Assembly: GCA_035998065.1 (NCBI GenBank)
Contig: DASYHX010000351.1
Coordinates: 1-53,912 of the forward strand
DNA length: 53,912 nt
Origin: Pseudorhizobium sp.
Lineage (GTDB): Bacteria; Pseudomonadota; Alphaproteobacteria; Rhizobiales; Rhizobiaceae
Direction: 5' to 3'
Positions 42,297-52,023 of this stretch are shown here, piece after piece. Position 1 is the stretch's first letter; each line of letters starts with the position of its first letter. The translations under genes and the position numbers were made by a program. Below the pieces are notes generated by a model. It was not told the DNA's origin and searched no databases. It saw only the letters and a program-made list of their open reading frames with translations.

Positions 42297-43086
42297 ACGG
42301 CAGGTCCTCCCTCCTGGAGAGAGCGCCGACATTGCACCCCATGCAAAGTTGACCGTCATCGTTGCTGAAGAATGCCATGCATCGACCTGGTCCGGGCTCG
42401 AGAAGGTACAGCCGGAGTATGATATACTCTACGCATGTTCGAGCGTCCTGTCGTTGGGGACCGGTAGAGGGCGCTGGATCGCGCCAGCAGCCAGCGGCAT
42501 ATTCGTTCCAGCAGGTGTTGCCCATACACTTGAGCTCGCGAATGCAGCATGCGTCACCCTTGCGCTCATCCCCAGGAACCACAGTGGGAAAGCCGACAGG
42601 ACCTGCAAGGTCATCGGGATATCGGACCTTGTGCGGGAGCTTCTGGATGCGGCTGCAAAGCTGCCCCTGGATGGATCGGAACAGGGGAGAGATCGACTTG
42701 TTCTCGACCTCCTCCCGTTGGAGATATCGCGGGCCGCCAGACTGCCGATTGGGTTGCCGATACCGGCCGATCCGCGGCTCGCGCGCAAATGCATTGATTT
42801 TGCGTCCACGCCCCATGCGGACATGTCGGTCGATCGATGGGCGGCGGAACTCTCGATGAGCCGACGGCGGTTCGCATCTTTCTTTCGTCGCGAGGCAGGT
42901 ATCAGTTTCAAAGCGTGGGTTCGACAAGCCTGCTTCGCCATCGCGATGGTGCAACTGGCCAAAGGGGACAGCCTACGCTCGGCTGCCGCAAGTTGCGGCT
43001 ATGCCAGTCCCTCGGGGCTTTCCGCACTGATCAAGCGGCTGAGCGGGGCAGCGACCGTGCGCCTCGCGCTGCGCACGGCACGGTGA
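42259..43086 (+). CDS. AraC-family regulator (cupin + HTH)
   Basis: Motifs FVPAGVAH, LPIPADPRL, MSRRRFASFFRREAGISFKAW and GYASPS. Start may be 42277 or 42283. Confidence 0.85.
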   Translation: MERSPAMSMHLPERQVLPPGESADIAPHAKLTVIVAEECHASTWSGLEKVQPEYDILYACSSVLSLGTGRGRWIAPAASGIFVPAGVAHTLELANAACVTLALIPRNHSGKADRTCKVIGISDLVRELLDAAAKLPLDGSEQGRDRLVLDLLPLEISRAARLPIGLPIPADPRLARKCIDFASTPHADMSVDRWAAELSMSRRRFASFFRREAGISFKAWVRQACFAIAMVQLAKGDSLRSAAASCGYASPSGLSALIKRLSGAATVRLALRTAR

Positions 43087-43410
43087 ATGAAACGCAAGCA
43101 CGGCCAGCGGATTGGCTCGCCGAGCCTCAATTCGGATGAGTGGATTGTAGTGGTTGATGCCCGTCGCGCATCCTTGCGCTCGCTGCGCGCGCCAAGTCGC
43201 TTCCAGAGGCTCTTCCGCGCCCTGTTCGGATGGAACGAGCCCAAGCCGCAGGAGAGCGAGCGTCTGGAAGCATTGAGGCGCGCATCTATTTACCTGTGGC
43301 ACGGCGTGGCCGAATTGCCGGCCAAGGAGATGCATCGCTTCCTCGCCGCAGGCTTTACCATGCGGCATTACGAGAATCTGATCGAGGGGATCGCGGAAAT
43401 GAGAATGTAG
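43087..43410 (+). CDS. Small hypothetical protein, paralog B
   Basis: Motifs LNSDEWIVV, RLEALRR and RFLAAGF. Confidence 0.75.
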   Translation: MKRKHGQRIGSPSLNSDEWIVVVDARRASLRSLRAPSRFQRLFRALFGWNEPKPQESERLEALRRASIYLWHGVAELPAKEMHRFLAAGFTMRHYENLIEGIAEMRM

Positions 43411-43485
43411 CCGCTGGCTCGCGCCGGTGCCCGGGTCATTCTCAACGGACCAGAAGGCACCTGGCGCGGCAAACCGGTGCCGACC

Positions 43486-44406
43486 TTATGAAATAGCTGC
43501 GTGCTCCAATGGCGCTTCAGTTTCTCGGGTCCGGTCGCGAAATAGTCGCAGGGAGGCTGATGGGTCGTCTTTGCGCCACGCCAATCCGATCTGAAGCGTC
43601 GGAACAGGATCCTCGATTTCGATCAGCCTTATCCCTTCAGTGGAAACCGGTTGCGTAGCCACTGGCGCGAACAGCACGCCCATTCCTGCTCGCACGAGAC
43701 CCATGCAGGTCTGATCGTCGCAGCTCTCAAGCGTCTTGGGGCGAAAGCCGGCCTGCCTGCAGATCGAGACCATCTCATCATGGTTTGCAGAACTGCCGTC
43801 GCTATGGGGTACGATGAAGCGATCGTGCGCGAATGCCGACAGCGGAAGCGGGAAGGCGAGAGCTGAATCGGCGCATGGATGCCCGTCGGATACAGCCAGC
43901 ATCATCCGTTCGCTGTGGATTGGTTCGATCGTCAGGGCGGAGTGAGATGCAGGAAAAAGGACGAACCCGACGTCGATCTCCGCCGAGAGCAATGCTTCGA
44001 TCTGGGCGGATGTAGAGAATTCCTGAACCACCAGTTCGATGTCCGGGCGAGCCTGCGTGAAACGACGAATAAACGCGGGCGCGACGGTTTGCATCGCGAT
44101 CTTGGTTGTGCCGATCGACAGGCGCGCGCTCTCGGAGGCAACGGCATGCCGGATCGTTCTCTGAAGAGCTTCGGCTTGTGCGAGTAAGGGCCTGGCCGCC
44201 TTCAAAAGGACAACTCCTGCAGGCGTCAATGCGACACGGCGGGTCGTGCGCTCGAAGAGCCTGGCTCCAAGATTGTGCTCAAGCTGCGCGACGGTGCGGG
44301 TCACCACGGGCTGGGACGTGCCAAGGCGCTCTGCGGCGCGGGCAAAGCTCAGCGCTTCTGCCACGCTCACGAAATGTCGAAGGGCCTTGAGATCCAGTGT
44401 CGCCAT
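43486..44406 (-). CDS. LysR-family transcriptional regulator
   Basis: LRHFVSVAEALSFARAAERLGTSQP...LFERTTRRVALTPAG. Confidence 0.92.
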   Translation of the reverse strand: MATLDLKALRHFVSVAEALSFARAAERLGTSQPVVTRTVAQLEHNLGARLFERTTRRVALTPAGVVLLKAARPLLAQAEALQRTIRHAVASESARLSIGTTKIAMQTVAPAFIRRFTQARPDIELVVQEFSTSAQIEALLSAEIDVGFVLFPASHSALTIEPIHSERMMLAVSDGHPCADSALAFPLPLSAFAHDRFIVPHSDGSSANHDEMVSICRQAGFRPKTLESCDDQTCMGLVRAGMGVLFAPVATQPVSTEGIRLIEIEDPVPTLQIGLAWRKDDPSASLRLFRDRTRETEAPLEHAAIS

Positions 44407-44802
44407 CGTTTTTCCACCTTTGACGCCCATCAAATTAATGCTCAAAACGTATTAAGTCTATTGCGATCTTAGAAATTATCTTCGGCGATCGCCTCCCTAT
44501 ATCCTTGGAATAGGAGCTGCTTTCAGGCTCTGGACAGGTAGCGCGGGTCGCTGCGGTCCGGGTCCTGGACAGCGACTTTGGGGCTTGCTGCCCGGTAATG
44601 CACCGCGTCGTTCTTCAGTGGCTCCACACGGGCTTGGCTCGTTTGTGGAACTGAAGCCGCGCATATCGGCCACAGCGATCCCATCCACGGCATGCATGAG
44701 TCCTGCTCATGCACCGAAACCCGTTTGACCCGCGCGCGCCGGCGGTCAGCATCGGGCCATCGCGGGGCGCGCTAACAATGTTCAGGAAGCAAGGAAATCG
44801 TC

Positions 44803-45396
44803 ATGTTGAAGTTGGTCGCAGTTGGCTTGGTTGGGATCGTCGCGCTGAATGCACTCCCTGCGTCGGCACAAGTTTTTCAGGGGCCCTACGTCGGCGCGCA
44901 GGCGGGCTGGAACCGGGATAGCGTTGACGCACCGCGCACCGATGCCGGTGTTGCCACGATCAACGACGAGAAGGACAGCTTCATCGGCGGCGCATTCGTG
45001 GGCTACAATCAGACCGTGACGCCCAATATCGTGTTGGGCGTTGAGGGAAGCTTCAATGTCGGAGCCAGTGACGATGTTCGGCGCAACGGCGCATCCATCA
45101 ACCCCGACTACTCCTTCGACCTTTCTGCGCGTGCCGGCTATCTCATCGGCGGAAAGACCCTGATCTATGCACGCGGCGGCTATGAGAACATGCGCGCCAA
45201 AGTTCGTGTTCCGAGCGCGTCCGGTCTGGTGAGCAACCGGGACACGTTCGATGGCTGGACCGTTGGTGGCGGCGTCGAACGCGCGCTTCTCGACAAGGTC
45301 TCGGCCCGGCTTGAGTATCGCTACAGTGATCTGGGCAGTAATGGTCAGAACTTCGACCGGCACCAGGTGCTCGTCGGTGTCGGCTACCACTTTTAA
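44803..45396 (+). CDS. Outer membrane beta-barrel protein (Omp25/RopB-like)
   Basis: Signal peptide; F.GPYVG, GW..GGGVE and RLEYRY motifs; terminal YHF. Confidence 0.9.
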   Translation: MLKLVAVGLVGIVALNALPASAQVFQGPYVGAQAGWNRDSVDAPRTDAGVATINDEKDSFIGGAFVGYNQTVTPNIVLGVEGSFNVGASDDVRRNGASINPDYSFDLSARAGYLIGGKTLIYARGGYENMRAKVRVPSASGLVSNRDTFDGWTVGGGVERALLDKVSARLEYRYSDLGSNGQNFDRHQVLVGVGYHF

Positions 45397-45550
45397 GGCC
45401 TGACTGTGGTCGGGCTGGAAGCGTCCAGATGTTGCCATCGATGGGATGTCTTCCGGCCCGGTCATAGCCGGAATACCGAACGAGCGGCGCCTGTCGTGGC
45501 AGCGCGCGACCAATGTGGCCCGATCTCTTCGTGGCCCTAGCGAGGGCAAA

Positions 45551-45946
45551 ATGAACCCTGAAGATTTCTCCCTTCACGATGTAAGCACTTTTCCCATTGT
45601 GAGGCTCGCCAGATCAATCGAGGGAGCCGGCCTGTCGCCGCAATGGTGCTCAGAGATGGAAAGGCTTTTTCGTGGCAGACAGAGTTTCGTCCTGATCTAC
45701 CCCTCACCGAGCGGCGAGGAAGCTTTCGAGGACAGGACGGCCAGAACTCTGTGGATGAAGGCGAACCGGGAACGCATGAAGGAGCACTGCCTTTCCGTGA
45801 TCATCGTCGAGCCCGACGAGCAACAGAGGGTCGATCTGGAAAAGGTCTTCCCACATCTCGAGCATGCGTTCGGCGCGCCGCAATGTGCTGCGGCGTCGTC
45901 AGCTGAAGCGCAAGCAATCGCGAGGCGCCTGCTGGCGGTGACCTAA
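45551..45946 (+). CDS. Hypothetical protein (131 aa)
   Basis: GAGG RBS before MNPEDFSLHD; alpha/beta pattern. Confidence 0.65.
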   Translation: MNPEDFSLHDVSTFPIVRLARSIEGAGLSPQWCSEMERLFRGRQSFVLIYPSPSGEEAFEDRTARTLWMKANRERMKEHCLSVIIVEPDEQQRVDLEKVFPHLEHAFGAPQCAAASSAEAQAIARRLLAVT

Positions 45947-46165
45947 GCTTTATTGAGGGCTGGACATGACAGAATTCGAGATGGGTAAAGCCCCATCGGG
46001 CAGCGATGCTTGTCTACGCCGGTGTGATGGATGGGTGGGCCCGGAGTAGATCCGGGGAAGGGTGACCCGCACCAGTAAGGCGGCTGTAAGTATCAGGCGT
46101 GGGCAGGCGGGGTGCTCACGGCGATCCTTGACCTGCCCAGGTTGCCGGAAGCGGCCGATAGCGGA

Positions 46166-46258
46166 TCAGTCCAGGATCGAGCAGGCCAGGATCAGCAGCA
46201 CTATCTCGATGATGGTGGTGCAGAGCAGCACCGTTTTAGTGAAATGCGGTGAGGGCAT
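46166..46258 (-). CDS. Putative 30-aa hydrophobic small protein
   Basis: Translated by hand as MPSPHFTKTVLLCTTIIEIVLLILACSILD*; starts 40 bp after the efeM stop on the same strand. Confidence 0.35.
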   Translation of the reverse strand: MPSPHFTKTVLLCTTIIEIVLLILACSILD

Positions 46259-46298
46259 CGGCGTTCAGATCCCGTTGTCCCTCACCGCGATTCGCCGC

Positions 46299-47150
46299 TC
46301 AGCTGAGGCCCAGCATCCCGCGCAGGCGCGAGAGGTCTTCGGCCAGGATATTGACCTTGCCCGCCAGCAGCTTGCGGTCACGGTCGGTCAGCTTGAGGTA
46401 GGAGGCGAAGCCGCCGCCAGGCACACGGTACTTCGCCAGCGTATCGAACACCGCCTTGAAGTTGGCATCGGTCTTCGCCGCGAAACCGGGATCGCGCTTG
46501 GCCACCAGCGGGCGCAGCAGCGTGACGATCTTGAAGGCGCCCTCGAAGTTGGCCTGGAAATCGTAGAGGTCGGTGCGGCTGTAGCGGTTTTCCTCGCCCG
46601 AGATCTTGGTGGCGGCCACTTCCTCCATCAGCACGGCCGCGCCGCCGACCACCTTGGCGGGCGGGAAGGTCAGCTTTAGCAGACGGCCCTGCAGCGCCAG
46701 CACGTCCGCCATCAGCTTGTCGGCCACTTTGCCGACGTTCCGGGTGCTCTTTTCCACCCACAGCGCGTATTCGATGCGATGGAAGCCGCCGAAGCGGGGA
46801 TCCTTTTCGGCCTTCTCGTGATCATCGGCGCGCGAATCGATCGCGGCGTCCAGATCGCTGAACAGCTCCGCCACCGGTTCGATCCGTTCATAGTTCATGC
46901 GGGTGGGGGCATAGAGCTTCTGCGCCAGCGCGATGTTGCCGGCCTTCACCGCCGCCGTGAAGGAGCGGGTATCGGCCACGAACTTGCGCACGTTCTCGTT
47001 CACGTAAAGCTTGTACTGCGCCACCGGGCCGACCAGTTGCAGCGGAGAGGGTTTCGCCTGGGCCAGCGCGGTTTCTGAAACGAGCGGCAGCGAGGCGAAC
47101 GGCGCGGCGGCGAACAGACCCAGCAGGGCGCGGCGCGAGGATGGGAACAT
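46299..47150 (-). CDS. EfeM/EfeO-type imelysin-like (M75) iron-uptake protein with a Tat-like signal
   Basis: SRRALL signal; motifs YERIEPVAE, GFHRIE and SGEE.RYS.TDL. True start ATG 47150 (GGAG RBS). Confidence 0.9.
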   Translation of the reverse strand: MFPSSRRALLGLFAAAPFASLPLVSETALAQAKPSPLQLVGPVAQYKLYVNENVRKFVADTRSFTAAVKAGNIALAQKLYAPTRMNYERIEPVAELFSDLDAAIDSRADDHEKAEKDPRFGGFHRIEYALWVEKSTRNVGKVADKLMADVLALQGRLLKLTFPPAKVVGGAAVLMEEVAATKISGEENRYSRTDLYDFQANFEGAFKIVTLLRPLVAKRDPGFAAKTDANFKAVFDTLAKYRVPGGGFASYLKLTDRDRKLLAGKVNILAEDLSRLRGMLGLS

Positions 47151-47176
47151 TGTCATCTCCGTGGTCAGAATGGGGC

Positions 47177-48466
47177 TCAGGCGGCGCGCGCGGCGGCGAT
47201 CAGCGAACTGCCGATCCAGTCCGCATCGCCCTCGATGCCGGGAAGGGTGAAGAAGAAGCCGCCGCCGATCGGCTTGATGTATTCCTCCAGCGGCTCGCCA
47301 TCGAGGCGCTTCTGGACGGTGATGAAACCCGCCTCCAGGTCCGCCTGATAACAGATGAACAACAGGCCCATTTCCAGTTGGCCGGACTTGGTGACGCCGT
47401 TGGAATAGTTGAATGGACGGCGCAGGATCAGGTTGGCATCGCTGGCGGCGTCGCGCGGATTGGCAAGGCGGATGTGGGAATCGAGGCGGGTCTTCGCACC
47501 GTGCGGGTCGCGGGCATAGTCCGGCACATGGTGCTCGGTCGCGCTGCCGTCCGCAGGGGCGTCCATCGGCGCGCCGCTGGGTTTCAGACGGCCCATGATC
47601 GCCTCCTGCTCGCCGAACGGGGTACGATCCCAGCGTTCCACAAAATTGCGGATGATCCGCACCGCCTGATAGCTGCCGCCGGTGGTCCACGCGGGCTCGC
47701 CCCTGCCAGGCGCCACCCACACGATGCGCTCCATCAGCGGCGTGTCGTTGGAATTGGGATTGGCGGAGCCGTCCCGGAAGCCCAGGAAATTGCGCGCGCT
47801 TTCCTCCGGCTGGCCGGGGACGGAGGGGATCGGCGGTACCGTGCCTTCCTGCTTCCAGTGCAGCACCAGAAGGTCGGAGGTGTTCTTGATGATGTCGCGC
47901 AACGCGTGGATGTTGGTGTCGGGCGTGTTGGCGCAGAACTGGATCGAAAGGTCGCCGTGGCACAGCGCCGCATCCAGGGCATCGTTGGGATGCGCCTGCA
48001 TCTGCTGAAGGTGCCGGGGCCTCAGCGCGGCAAGGCCGAGGTTGTCGTTGAACAGGGATGCGCCGGCCGAGACGGTGATCGTCAGCGCATCGGGCTGCAC
48101 CACCGGACCAAGGATGCCCGAACCGGCAGGCGGGAGCAGGGGATCGATGTCCGGTTGCTGCCCCCCGCGCGTGAGAAACGCGATCCGCTCTGTCAGGGTG
48201 CGGAACAGCCGTTCGAGATCGTCTAGGCTTTCGGCCAGAACATAGAAGCTGGCGATCATCCCGGCACTGGGGCGCGGCGTGGTGATGCCGGCCTGATGCG
48301 CGCCCTGAAACTGCACGCGATCCTGCGTATGCGTGCTGCGCGGTGCATCGGCGACTTGCGAGCTGACGGCAGTTCCCCCGGCTTGCGCCAGCGCCGTCGC
48401 GGGAACCGCCGCGAGCAGGCCGATGCCGCCGCCCAGCACCTGTCGGCGTGAAGAGGGGAAGCTCAT
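47177..48466 (-). CDS. efeB: EfeB Dyp-type peroxidase/deferrochelatase
   Basis: Tat motif SRRQVL; GAHQAGI, GFRDGSAN, SHIRLANPR and LRRPFNY. Confidence 0.95.
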   Translation of the reverse strand: MSFPSSRRQVLGGGIGLLAAVPATALAQAGGTAVSSQVADAPRSTHTQDRVQFQGAHQAGITTPRPSAGMIASFYVLAESLDDLERLFRTLTERIAFLTRGGQQPDIDPLLPPAGSGILGPVVQPDALTITVSAGASLFNDNLGLAALRPRHLQQMQAHPNDALDAALCHGDLSIQFCANTPDTNIHALRDIIKNTSDLLVLHWKQEGTVPPIPSVPGQPEESARNFLGFRDGSANPNSNDTPLMERIVWVAPGRGEPAWTTGGSYQAVRIIRNFVERWDRTPFGEQEAIMGRLKPSGAPMDAPADGSATEHHVPDYARDPHGAKTRLDSHIRLANPRDAASDANLILRRPFNYSNGVTKSGQLEMGLLFICYQADLEAGFITVQKRLDGEPLEEYIKPIGGGFFFTLPGIEGDADWIGSSLIAAARAA

Positions 48467-49632
48467 GTCAGCCCCAGCGCGGCATTGGTCTTGCCGAAAT
48501 CGGCTGCGATTTTCGCAAGAATCCCTGCCATGACTCTACGCTGCGCGGCATCGAGCTTGACGGCGCGCAGGGTATCGCCAGCGCGCAGCGGGGCCAGTGC
48601 CTTGTCGAAGGCGGCGAAGTCGGCCTTGAGCGCATGGTCCAGCGCGGGGTTCGCCTTCGTCAGCAGAGGCGAGAGGAGTTCCGCCACCTTACTGCCACTT
48701 TCGTAGAGGCCCTGAAGGTCTGCCGGGCTGTCGTCGCCCGATGCGGACTGGGCGGCTCCCAGCGAATCCGACAGGCGGCGGAACTGCTTTTCGGCAAAAC
48801 CGGCCAGTTGTTCGGGCTTGAGTTCGATGCCTGCCAGCCGTTCCTTTAGTGTCGCGATGTCGGCCAGCAGCCTGTCACCCACGGGACCGAGCGCCTTGGC
48901 ATCGCCGCCATTGGCCAGACCGTATTCGATCCGGCGGAAGCCCTGGAAGGCGGGATCGGCGGCCTTCATCTCATAATAGTCTGCGCGGGCATTCACACGC
49001 GCCTCCAGATCGCCGAAGACCGCCGCCGCCGCTTCGATCCGCACGTAGCTCTGGTGCGCGGGGGCGTAGAGGCTGCGTGCCTTGTCCAGCTGTCCGGCCT
49101 TGAGAGCGGCCACCATAGCCCGTGCCGAACTGTCCAGCGTTTCCGCTTCGGTCAGCAAGTATACCTGATATTCCGCCAGCGGACCGACGTAGGTTTCCAG
49201 CGATGGCCGCGCCGCTTCGGCATCCGATTCCGCCGAGGGCGTGACGTGGAGCCTGCCGCGCGGGTTGTTGAGCAGGCCGCAGGTGATGGCGTAATCGCCC
49301 GGCTCCAGCTTGACCGTCATCGTCTGGCGCAGGCCGGGGGCGATGTTCTCGCGCTCGTCGATCACCATCACCCCGTCGAGGATTTCCCATTCCAGCGCGC
49401 GCTGCGTCTCGTTGACGATGGTGAAGGTGGTCTTGCCGGCCGGGACAGTGATGTCGTTCGGATCGCATGCCTTGCCGCGGATGGTCACGGTCACGGCATG
49501 ACCGTCGGATGCGCGCAGCGCCTTGCCCGCGCGGTCAGAGGCATACCAGAAGGCGATACCGCCCAGCAGCACGAGCATTGCGGAGCCGCCCAGCGCCACG
49601 CGCATCAGGGGCGAAGAGGAAGTCGCGGTCAT
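48463..49632 (-). CDS. efeO: EfeO (cupredoxin + M75 domain)
   Basis: Motifs CDP, EWEIL, ERENIAPG and CGLL.NPRG; TGATG overlap with efeU. Confidence 0.92.
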   Translation of the reverse strand: MTATSSSPLMRVALGGSAMLVLLGGIAFWYASDRAGKALRASDGHAVTVTIRGKACDPNDITVPAGKTTFTIVNETQRALEWEILDGVMVIDERENIAPGLRQTMTVKLEPGDYAITCGLLNNPRGRLHVTPSAESDAEAARPSLETYVGPLAEYQVYLLTEAETLDSSARAMVAALKAGQLDKARSLYAPAHQSYVRIEAAAAVFGDLEARVNARADYYEMKAADPAFQGFRRIEYGLANGGDAKALGPVGDRLLADIATLKERLAGIELKPEQLAGFAEKQFRRLSDSLGAAQSASGDDSPADLQGLYESGSKVAELLSPLLTKANPALDHALKADFAAFDKALAPLRAGDTLRAVKLDAAQRRVMAGILAKIAADFGKTNAALGLT

Positions 49633-50465
49633 CAATTGGCTCCGGCGGTAGTGAGTGCAGGCGCGGTCGCGGGTCGGAAGAACCAGAACAGGCTGACGGC
49701 GAGGAACGCGACGTAGACGATGACTTCACCCAGCACCGGCACGGCCTGATAGCCGAGCAGGCCGGCCAGCACGGCGCCGACCGGGCCGTCCATCGGCAGG
49801 GCCTCGCTGAGATCGACGACGACCGTTTGCAACCCGTTCCAGATGCCGGCCTCATGGAACTTGCGCAGCACGCCCGCCAAAAGGCCAGCGGCGACCAGCA
49901 GGATGAAGACGCCGGTGAAGCGGAAGAAACGGCGCAGGTCGAGCCTAATACCGCCCTTGTAGAGCCCGATGCCGATCGCCACCGACGCGGCGATGCCGAC
50001 CAGTGCGGCTACCGGTGCCTCCCATCCCCGGCTCTGCTGGAAGATGGCGAGGAGGAAGAACACCGATTCCAGCCCTTCGCGGGCGACGGCCAGGAACACC
50101 ATACCGATCAGCGCCCAGGCGGGGCCGCTCTCGCGGGCCAGGGCACGGTCGATCGAGGCCTGCAGCTCGCCCTTGATGGAGCGGGCGGCGCGGCGCATCC
50201 AGAACACCATTGACGTGAGCATTACCACCGCGATGAGGCCGACCACGCCCTCGAACAGTTCCTGCTGCTTCTGCGGGAATTCGGCGGCGACCATCTGCAG
50301 CGCGGCGCCGGCGAACAGCGACAGCGCACTGGCAAGCAGCACGCCCACCCAGATCGCCGGCATCAGATCCTTGCGCTGGGCGTGGTGGAGATAGCTGGCG
50401 ACGATCCCGACGATCAGCGCAGCCTCGATCCCTTCGCGCAGCATCACCAGAAATGGGACAAGCAT
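49632..50465 (-). CDS. efeU: EfeU, FTR1-family iron permease
   Basis: Two RExxE motifs (LREGIEA, AREGLES). Confidence 0.95.
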   Translation of the reverse strand: MLVPFLVMLREGIEAALIVGIVASYLHHAQRKDLMPAIWVGVLLASALSLFAGAALQMVAAEFPQKQQELFEGVVGLIAVVMLTSMVFWMRRAARSIKGELQASIDRALARESGPAWALIGMVFLAVAREGLESVFFLLAIFQQSRGWEAPVAALVGIAASVAIGIGLYKGGIRLDLRRFFRFTGVFILLVAAGLLAGVLRKFHEAGIWNGLQTVVVDLSEALPMDGPVGAVLAGLLGYQAVPVLGEVIVYVAFLAVSLFWFFRPATAPALTTAGAN

Positions 50466-50528
50466 CGAAAATCCTTCAGGCAATTTCTAATCGGCGGGCG
50501 GTGAGTCCAGACCAGCTGACCGTTTACG

Positions 50529-50549
50529 CAAATGAGAATTAATAGCAAG
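50529..50549. promoter_or_regulatory. Fur-like iron box upstream of efeU
   Basis: CAAATGAGAATTAATAGCAAG, an AT-rich imperfect 7-1-7 dyad about 65 bp upstream of efeU. Confidence 0.6.
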
Positions 50550-50643
50550 AATGAGTTGAGGCTTTGCGTTGCTCGGCCCTGTCGAATGGCCCTTGAACCT
50601 GATTTGACCTATTTGGGTGCGCGTGGAGACACCAGGCGACAGG

Positions 50644-50844
50644 CTATCCGCATGAGGTTTGTTCCAGGCTCGCCACGAACTCAGGGGCGGGGAGGCCGTC
50701 CACGGTGCAGATGTCGCTCGCAACGGCAATGACGGCCGAGCGCATGAAATCCGGGACGCTGCAACCGATCCGGGTCGCCGCATGCCGGATCATCACCATC
50801 TCAACGCTATCGAACCCCAAGCGCTGTACATGATCGTCGACCAT
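50644..50844 (-). CDS. Small protein, DUF1778/RHH antitoxin-like pattern
   Basis: 66 aa; IRHAATRIGCSVPDFMRSAV; AAGGA RBS. Confidence 0.4.
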   Translation of the reverse strand: MVDDHVQRLGFDSVEMVMIRHAATRIGCSVPDFMRSAVIAVASDICTVDGLPAPEFVASLEQTSCG

Positions 50845-51038
50845 TTCCGATCCTTCCCTTGATTGTGGGCAGGCCATCAGCGCTTTGCACCCCTGCTGTA
50901 CTATTTCTTCCAACCTTGGCCATCAGCCGGACGCCAGTCGGTCGCCTTCTTCTCGGGCGAGCGCGCATGCGGTCACCATGGGTTGATCCTACGGCGAAAT
51001 GGGGCTGAACGCCTGAGGCCTCCAACCCCGAGTGGGGT

Positions 51039-51398
51039 TCAGCTATCCGGCAAAGCGTCGATGACGTCGAAGACCCGCGCGGTGTAGGTGAGCGCCGCAC
51101 CTGAGTTCATGAAAATGGTGAAGGCCATCGCCTGGGCAATCTCTTCCCGCGTGAGGCCAAGGGAGATCGCTTTCTGTGCGTGAACGGAGATACATCCATC
51201 GCACCGGGTCGTGACCGCCACCGCCAGGGCGATCAGTTCCATGACCTTAGGGTCGAGCAAACCCGACTTGGTTACGCCATGCTCGACCATCATGAGGCCC
51301 TTCATCGAATCCGGGCTCAGCTTGGCAAACTCGCCGACGCGGGACATCAGCACATCGCGATATCCATTCCAGTCCTGCATGTGATCATGGTTGGTCAA
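51039..51398 (-). CDS. Carboxymuconolactone decarboxylase/AhpD-like protein
   Basis: LDPKVMELIALAVAVTTRCDGCISVH. Start is TTG 51398 or ATG 51380. Confidence 0.9.
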   Translation of the reverse strand: MTNHDHMQDWNGYRDVLMSRVGEFAKLSPDSMKGLMMVEHGVTKSGLLDPKVMELIALAVAVTTRCDGCISVHAQKAISLGLTREEIAQAMAFTIFMNSGAALTYTARVFDVIDALPDS

Positions 51399-51963
51399 GT
51401 CTAGTACCCTTCATTTGGCTATGGCTTCGCAATCGAGCTATGGGATCAGCCAGCCCGACCGCTAAGCCGGTTAGAAAAGCTGAGGGGGCGCGGTTGCCGC
51501 GTGGTGGCGCTGAGCCGCAGACGACGAACGAGGTTCCTCTCATGCCAACGGCGTGCCGCTTCCCATCGTTGGAAGGTCAAGATCGAAATTGCCGGACCAG
51601 AGAAAATAGCGGGTCGGAGGCGCGGCGTTATTGCGAGCCATTCGTTACAATGGGAGGATGGCAGGATGAATGGCGGATCTGGGGTCGCCGTTCTGGAATC
51701 GCCAACCAAAAACAGGGGCGAACCTCGGCGGCGGTCGCCTGAATGCCGCGCTTCCTCGGACGCCGGCAAGCATCTTATCGATCTACGCTTTACCGGGTCA
51801 TTGCGGGCGTTGCCGTTGGTGGAGGCGTGAATTGTCGCATCGCCGCTTTTGAGCCCGCCGCCGGCCCCCTGGGGCGGTTCGGACGTGTCACTGATCCACT
51901 TGGGGTGTGAAGCGGCCCAACGGGGCAGGCGGCGATGGAGATGCCCGGATTGATGCAAGGGCG

Positions 51964-51997
51964 TTGACGCATGACATATGAACATGTATTCATACAT
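51964..51997 (+). promoter_or_regulatory. czcD promoter with an ArsR/SmtB (CzrA-type) operator (copy 2)
   Basis: TTGACG, then the perfect dyad TATGAA-CATGTA-TTCATA at 51977-51994. The TGAA-N6-TTCA core is typical of SmtB/CzrA operators. Confidence 0.75.
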
Positions 51998-52023
51998 CAT
52001 CATTGTTCATTCGCGAGTCTCGC

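Noticed and set aside
47151-47963. N-terminal half of the 554-aa ORF 46299-47963
   Set aside because: It overlaps efeB out of frame. The real protein starts at 47150 with an RBS and a signal peptide.
51400-51960. Long intergenic region and ORF 51446-52003
   Set aside because: The ORF has no coding-like features and would overlap the czcD promoter. I could not support an RNA structure by eye.
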